From NCBI RefSeq assembly GCF_000143415.4, contig NW_003314267.1, positions 2,397,839 to 2,461,838 of the forward strand: a stretch of 64,000 nucleotides of DNA, given 5' to 3'. A model generated the notes under the pieces. It made no database searches. It was not told where the DNA came from and worked only from the letters and a program-made list of their open reading frames with translations. Origin of the DNA: Selaginella moellendorffii. Its lineage: Eukaryota; Plantae; Lycopodiophyta. Shown piece by piece: positions 57,528 through 64,000 of this stretch (positions are counted from its first letter, which is position 1; the number at the start of each line of letters is the position of its first letter). The translations under genes and the position numbers were made by a program.

Positions 57528-58508
57528 TCAGTAGAGAGATTGAGAAGAGGAAGAAGAATCGGGGGAGGAGGACGAACTGGGCGATGAATTGGAGGAGATG
57601 GGCGGAGAGGAGGCCGATCGTCGAGTCTGCCTGGTGTTGTAGGAGTAGCAGTGGAGGCATTTGTGAGCAACAATGTGAAATGGTACCTCGGAGGATCCAC
57701 CGCAATCGTTGCACAGGATCCACACCAGCTTGTTGCGGTAGGCATCGGGCATGGGCGTGGCGGCGATCTCCTGATCCAGCCTCTCCCATGCCGAGCTCAT
57801 GTCACACACCGACTTGGAACACACCGGGCACGAGAACTGCGCGTGGAGGGTCATCTCGCGGAGGCACTCGCTGTGGATGGTGTGGCCGCAGCGCAGAACC
57901 GTGATGTCGCTGATGGAATCGAAGAGGTAGTCGAAGCAAACCGGGCAATTGTGGTGCATCGAGTTCTCCACGCACGAATGCCCCTTTTGGAGCGCCACCG
58001 CGTAGCAGCAGCCACACTTGTCGCAGTGGAAGAACTTCTCCTGCCCGCCGACGCGGCAGATGCCACACGAATCGCAGTGGAACTGGCCCTTGCTCACGTC
58101 GTCGTCGAAGAAGCGGCAGATCGAGCAGTAGTAATCGCCCATGGAGACGCCGCAGCCGGAGCAGACCTGGTGGACATCCTGCTCCAATCCACACAGCGAG
58201 CAGATGACGCGCTCTACCTTGTGCCGGGGGAGGTCGTGGCGCTTGGAGGGATCGGCCTCGTTGGCGTTCATGGCCTCGTTGTGGCAGTGGCGGCAATTGA
58301 AGATCCCATTGCAGCAGGGAGCCCGGATCAAGCAGCGCCGGCGGTAATGCGCACAGCCATACTCCATCACGCCCTCCTTGAGCGCCCGGATCTGCTCTTC
58401 CACGCCGCGCGCCAGGGATTCCTGGCTGAAAACCTCCGCCGCCGTCGCGATCTCGATCTGGTGCGACAGCGTCGAATGCAAGCCGGATTCCACCACCGCC
58501 ACGGACAT
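57528..58508 (-). CDS. CHY zinc-finger/RING E3 ligase (PIRH2/MIEL1-like), intronless
   Basis: [65 protein letters not shown]. Confidence 0.96.
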   Translation of the reverse strand: MSVAVVESGLHSTLSHQIEIATAAEVFSQESLARGVEEQIRALKEGVMEYGCAHYRRRCLIRAPCCNGIFNCRHCHNEAMNANEADPSKRHDLPRHKVERVICSLCGLEQDVHQVCSGCGVSMGDYYCSICRFFDDDVSKGQFHCDSCGICRVGGQEKFFHCDKCGCCYAVALQKGHSCVENSMHHNCPVCFDYLFDSISDITVLRCGHTIHSECLREMTLHAQFSCPVCSKSVCDMSSAWERLDQEIAATPMPDAYRNKLVWILCNDCGGSSEVPFHIVAHKCLHCYSYNTRQTRRSASSPPISSNSSPSSSSSPDSSSSSQSLY

Positions 58509-60202
58509 CTTGGAAATCTTGGCGCTCCTCTCACTGGACTGGATCAAACCCTAGCCCCCATCCGCCATAGCCAACAAGAACAAAACAGCCGGCCACATAT
58601 ATAGGGCAACGGGGATCGAGGGAAACTGTTTTTGTGGCATTCCGATCCGGAATCGTGAACAGATCCGACGGTCAGGATGGCGCCGTTCCTGCGGCGCGGG
58701 ATTTATGTCCATCGAACGGTTACGGCTTCTGTCCCTTTGTTCGTTGGGCGGTTGAGATTTGTCCTAGGGCAACTTGGCATGATGATGGGATAGAGTAGGC
58801 CATTTTAGATCTCGTCTGATTGGCCGTTACGATCGCCAATCACTCGCCATTTTTTTTTTTTGCAGCATTTTTACTTTTCTTCGGATTTACGAGCGAAGCA
58901 AGAAAAAGCAGTCTTTGCTTGCCCCGTCTCATTCATAAAGAACATTGAAGAGGGAAAGAAAACGCTCAATCGCGATTCCATCCTTCTGGATTAATCTTGG
59001 AATCTCTACCTTGGATTGTAAAAGGAATAATTCGTGAGGGCCCCGTAACCTTGTACATATTGGGAGACCTAGGCCTAGTCTAAGTAAAAATGCGGTGGAG
59101 TCCCACCCATCCACGCTCGCTTCCTTATCTCGCAAGGAACGGCGGCGGCGGGTGTGGGACACGCCGCGGCGTTAAATGCCCCACTTTGGCATTTGCCCCC
59201 ATCGTGGGTCGTGTGATCAGCTCAAAGCTCTGCCCAATCCACGAACTCTCCAAGATTCTATCAGATCGATCCATGGAAGAATAGGGTTTTTAATCTTCTC
59301 TAGAGAACATGCTCTACGCAAAGATCAAGCAGTCAGGCGTGTCGGGAATGCCCAGACAAGCGCCAGACAAAAAAGCTAGGGCTTGTCTCCAATCCCCCAT
59401 TCTTGCACTGGAATATCCTCCAGTTACAAGAATATTCTCGTGGTCGACAAACGAGGTCGTCGTTACGAAACAAACCTCTCCCAAAACGGACGAAAAAATC
59501 TTCCTTCTCGGCAGCGAGTACCTCTTCTTTTTTTTCTTTTCTTCCTTTTGTCCCGACTCCTTCCTCGGGAACTTCCAAACGAGAAACGCTCCAATTGCTT
59601 GGCTTGCTTGCTTTGATTTGCTTCCTTGGCTGGCTTTTCTCCTGTCGATCGATCTAGGTAGCGGCGGCGCCAAGGGTCGGGTCTTGGGAGAGCTTTTCCT
59701 TTTCTTCTTTTGCTTCGAATCTCTTCACTGTTCCAAAGTCAATCTCTTGTCCCACAAGAAACGCAGCGGTGGTATAGCTAGTGGCGTGGAACACGCCGTT
59801 TCTTCAATGACTAGCTAGCTTTGCGTGTATCCTGTGAGAAAGACCCGTCTCTCCACTGCGCTATGCCACCACCAAGTTCCACGAACTCTTCGTCTTCATC
59901 TTCTTCTCTTCCTCCTCTCCTTCCCAAATCCAAATCCCAATCCTGTGTGTCTCGTCTATCCATCTATATCTGTTGTTTCTTCGCTGTTTGTTTGTTGTGG
60001 TGTAAAGATCCCAATGCTTGTGAAAAGTGTGAGAAGACACATCCCACTCCTCGGGGATTCCTTCCAAAATACTCCTGTTTTTTTCCTCCTCCTGCCTTGT
60101 TCCCTGTATCTTGCTAAAGAAAAACGGTGCCAGACCAGAGTTTGACCCGTTCGTCCGTCTGGTTCTTCTTTGTCGGCGCCACAACGAACTCCTCCTTGTT
60201 TT

Positions 60203-61207
60203 CTAGTCGTTGCTGTTGCTGCTGCTGTTGCTCGAGTGGCTGTCGTTGGCAGTGTTGCTGGTCGCAGCAGCGGCCGTGGGCGGAAGAGATGGCGGTCTCT
60301 TTGTCTGCCTGGTGTTGAAAGAGCCGCAACCGGGGCACTTAAGCGCGAAAATATGAAACGGTACCTCGTCTTTGTGATTGCAATCGTTGCACAGCATCCA
60401 CACCGTCTTCCCCCTCAGGGCCTCCGGCATGGGAGTGGCAGCAATCTCCTTGTCTAGAGTTTGCCAGTACTCGGACAAATCCAGCACCGACCTGGAGCAC
60501 ATAGGACAAGTGTACCTCGAGTGCAACCGCATCTCATTGAAGCAGTCGGCGTGCATGGTGTGGCCGCACTGGAGCACGGTTATCTGCTTCACGGAGTCGA
60601 AGAGGAACTCAAAGCACACCGGGCAGTTGTGGTGCATTGCTCGCTCCACACAGACGTGCTTGCCTTGGAGAGCCACCGAGTAGCAGCAGCCACAACGGTC
60701 GCAGTGGAAGAAGTTGTCCGCTCCTCCAACGCGACAAATGCCGCATGCGTCACAGTGGTACTGGTGCTTGTCCGTGTCGTCGTCGAAAAGGTTGCACTTT
60801 GAGCAAAAGTAGCTCCCCATGCACACTCCACAGCCTTCGCAAACTTGCTGCACGTCTTGCTCCGTGTCGCACAACAAGCAAATGACCCGCCTTACAGACT
60901 CGCGACGGATTTGGTGCCTCTCGCGAGGGTCAGCCTCCTCGCCCTTTGCTTCGTTGTGGCAATGCCGGCAACCAAAAACCTCGTTGCAACACGGAGCTCT
61001 GATACGGCACCGCCGCCTGTAGTGCGGACAACCATACTTCCTGCGACCCCTCTCGTTTTGTTCTTCTTCCCTCTTATCTTCTACCTGCTCCCCATCCTCC
61101 TGCTGTTCCATCCCCGTTCTAGAAACTAAGGCCTCGGTTCCATTGCTCGTTCCAGATTCCACCGAGCAACTGAGATCCCAGGGGACACGCCTGTCCAGCT
61201 CCTCCAT
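60203..61207 (-). CDS. Second CHY zinc-finger/RING E3 ligase paralog, intronless
   Basis: [53 protein letters not shown]; ATG 61207 follows a probable 5' UTR intron acceptor. Confidence 0.95.
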   Translation of the reverse strand: MEELDRRVPWDLSCSVESGTSNGTEALVSRTGMEQQEDGEQVEDKREEEQNERGRRKYGCPHYRRRCRIRAPCCNEVFGCRHCHNEAKGEEADPRERHQIRRESVRRVICLLCDTEQDVQQVCEGCGVCMGSYFCSKCNLFDDDTDKHQYHCDACGICRVGGADNFFHCDRCGCCYSVALQGKHVCVERAMHHNCPVCFEFLFDSVKQITVLQCGHTMHADCFNEMRLHSRYTCPMCSRSVLDLSEYWQTLDKEIAATPMPEALRGKTVWMLCNDCNHKDEVPFHIFALKCPGCGSFNTRQTKRPPSLPPTAAAATSNTANDSHSSNSSSNSND

Positions 61208-61645
61208 TCCACCCGGCGAAGAAGCAGAAAACTTCAGTGTTGGCGACGCAAGTTCCCAGTGCGGCTGAAAAGAAAAGAAGAAACGAATCACTCCCAAGGA
61301 AGCAAGAGCGGCCGAACTTGCAAGCACGCAAAAAATCTTACTCAAAGGCTTGCTTGCCTGTCCGTATCCAAGGGCCAGGATTCTTACTCGTAGCGGTCGA
61401 CCGACACTGCTCTGACACGTCAAAAGATAAAGACGCTACGTTGACAATAGAGAAAACGTGAACGAGCGCTCTCCACCACGGAACAAAGGAATAAGATAGA
61501 GAGAGGAAACGTTGTACATTTGAAGGCCATAAAATACAAAGGATGGATGACACGGTTCCAACTCCTGAAAACACACATCCACCGGATAAAAACCATCACG
61601 ATGCCACCTAACTTAAGCTCGAGCCTTACCTAATTTCCACGAGTC

Positions 61646-62961
61646 TCAGTCATCATCCTCACCCTCGGAATCTGTAATGTTTCCACCAGTTGATGAAAAC
61701 GGAGAAAAGAACGATCCTAGAAAAGAAAAACTGTACTCTACCTGAGCGAACATCGTCTCCGATAACTCCAGCCCGTATCTGCTTGACGATCATTCGGTAA
61801 ATAAGTACCCACCAGTAGATGTGAAGTACAAAAAGACTGATGAGTAAGGTATTCGTTACGTAGTAGTAAATTGGCCCGTAACCTCTATGTAGATGAATGT
61901 TGATGGCTTTGATGGACAAGTAGCTGTCGTGGATGACACGGAAACACCAGTGAAAAGCTTGAACAACTAGCAAAGATCAGATACTGCTTACCTTGTCCCC
62001 CAAATAACCCAGACTGGGAAGTAAATAAGCCGCAAGAGCACCCACGAAAGAGCAAACAAGCCAAACAGGACATCTGGAACAACACGGACTCCCGCATATT
62101 TTGACATCTTGGCCAGCTCCAAGAAAACATCACTCGCATCATGTAGTGCGAGCACGACGCATCCTATCCGAGCAAATCTGCTTGCACCAAAATAAAGCAC
62201 CACGAACTTGACAGGCTCCACGAGAATATTAAAAGAACCAACCTGGTCCAATACGAAAACGAAATCAAGCCAAAGGTTGCCACATGGTGGGTCATGCTCA
62301 CTCCGAAATCCTTTCTTCGCGTTTCCCAAAAGATAAGAGCAAATATGCTGTAGGCATAGAATCCCGCCGCAAAAGCATACAGGAGCTTGAGCTTCACCCT
62401 GGAAAAAAAGAAACAAAAATGAAGATCAGTACGAGAAACACTGTTCCAACTAGAAACTAGTTAAAGATCAAAGAACAAAACTCTAGAACTTGTTCCAGAA
62501 AAATCAAAGAACTCGAAAAACTTGGAAGGAAAAGAAAACCTCTTACTTGATGGTTTGATTCGGCCACGTTTGATCCCCGGGTCCGACCCAAATGCTGTAG
62601 CTATCGGTCAGCCAAGTCTCGTTATAAGTCACATATAGCGCAAAGATCTCCGCGGTGGTGTAATAAACGCATTTCCAGCCCGACTCTTTGAATTTAATCT
62701 GTGTCTTCCTCAGCGCGTCCCTATCGGCGTCGCTCAGCTTCCTCAACTTGGACTCGTGCGTGCCAAACACCGATTTCCTGCTCAATTTCTACGCGAGCGA
62801 GCTCAAATCTGCCAGAAATCCGCATTGCCGCTTACCTCGAGCACGAATCGATCCAAGAAGAAGCGGCAAACCGGGAATCCTATCGCGAATATCGGCGCCA
62901 GCGTCACAAGATCCCAAAAGGAGGGATCGATCTCCCTGTTGAGCTGCCGGGCGAGCTCCAT
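61646..62961 (-). CDS. LOH: Ceramide synthase (LAG1/LOH, TLC domain)
   Basis: [64 protein letters not shown]; six exons. Confidence 0.95.
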
Positions 62962-63140
62962 CGCCGCGATTCTCTGGGAGAGAAAGATTAGGGCGGCACA
63001 ACGGTGACAAAATATTTCTTTTATCGCGAGTCCGTTAGAATCTTAAAGGCAGGATCGTACATTTTCGGTACACTCGTACGGCCCCGCCCTATATGACACA
63101 AAAAAGCTCGTTCGTGTAGTTCTTCGTTCTTCGCGTTTTC

Positions 63141-64000
63141 TTACTTCCATTTCTCTCGGAGCTCCTTTCTTTGCGACAGCACCATGCTCACGGCGATGGC
63201 CACCACCAGCACCACGATCGTGATGAGCAGCAAAGCGTAGCTAAAGTCCTCGGTGAGCGAGTCGTAAGTTCGCGATGGCGCTGTTCTCGTGAAGAACAAA
63301 TCGATCCCGTAGGCGAATACCAAGCACGTCGATTCTAGCCGAGCAGGGACGCTGATGATCCCCCGGAGTTCCTCCACTCGAGCCGCGTGTGTGAGATACG
63401 ACTGCCAAGAACACGGCCTTTAGAACAGTCCCGAAAAGCAAACGACGCAAACCTGTGGAAAAACTGGGAGACCCTCGGAAAGAGGAATCACACCTTCCTC
63501 CCTTTCCATGGGAGTCGGATCCGCGGACCTGCGTGGATCCAAAAACCGCTTGTCCAGAGCGATTACCTGCGGGAAAACGATCTAAAGTTCGTCCAAACTC
63601 CATCAAAGTTGCTCGCTCACCTGGTTTCCTATAGTACCAACGAGTATTTGCTTTCCCGTGATGCCTCTTGCAGTGAACGTAACACTCATTGTCCTGACTG
63701 TGGACGGGAAAAAGTAGCTCTGTCCCTTAACTTCCAAGTTGCGTGGTGAGAACGACGAAAACGGGACGCTGGCGTTGTAGCGTCCCAGCATTAATTGAAG
63801 CACATCTTTCCCGTCCTGCGTGCGAAAAGAAAGTCAAGAAAAAACTCTCCTTTCAAGCTCAACTTGTCAAAAAAGACGTTACCGCGGATTTGTCATAAAC
63901 TTCCAACACAGACATCTCGTGACGGTGGTTGCGCACATTGAAGTAGCAATAGACAACCCAGTTCTCGCTGAAAACCTGTTGAGAAATCCATCAGCTCTTG
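63141..64000 (-). CDS. EMC1: ER membrane protein complex subunit 1, 3' part
   Basis: ENWVVYCYFN, GITGKQILVG, LDPRR, LESTCLVFAYGIDLFFTRTAPSRTYDSLTEDFSY + TM + LREKWK*. Confidence 0.93.

Noticed and set aside
59863-60117. DVL/RTFL peptide call
   Set aside because: Only vague similarity; lacks the RLYIxRRC core

Overview
Eukaryotic plant genomic DNA. The very short GT-AG introns (about 50-100 nt), GC-rich compact genes and PPR-DYW debris suggest the lycophyte Selaginella (inference). There are three zones. (1) 1-10 kb is gene-dense: NF-YA, a G-type lectin receptor kinase with a repeat insert in its kinase domain, TruA, an F-box relic, a divergent WOX-like homeobox gene and a MITE. (2) About 10.9-40 kb is an AT-rich retroelement island. 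It holds a Gypsy-type element nested (ATCAG TSD) in the LTR of a second element that has Gypsy-type ends but carries an antisense Copia pol remnant, older inverted copies of both, and a decayed LINE. It also holds an AT-rich secreted-protein/B-lectin locus and an orphan 3-exon gene. (3) 40-64 kb is very compact: a PPR-DYW pseudogene hit by a TRIM, germin, a membrane-anchored F-box gene inside an inverted repeat, EFL1, a His94->Arg alpha-carbonic anhydrase, GPT, USP, ASH2R, a SAP30-domain microprotein, two intronless CHY/RING E3s, ceramide synthase and EMC1. The best candidate novel system is a putative spliced bicistronic SAP30 (Sin3-HDAC) -> ASH2R (COMPASS) locus with the sequence features expected of leaky scanning.
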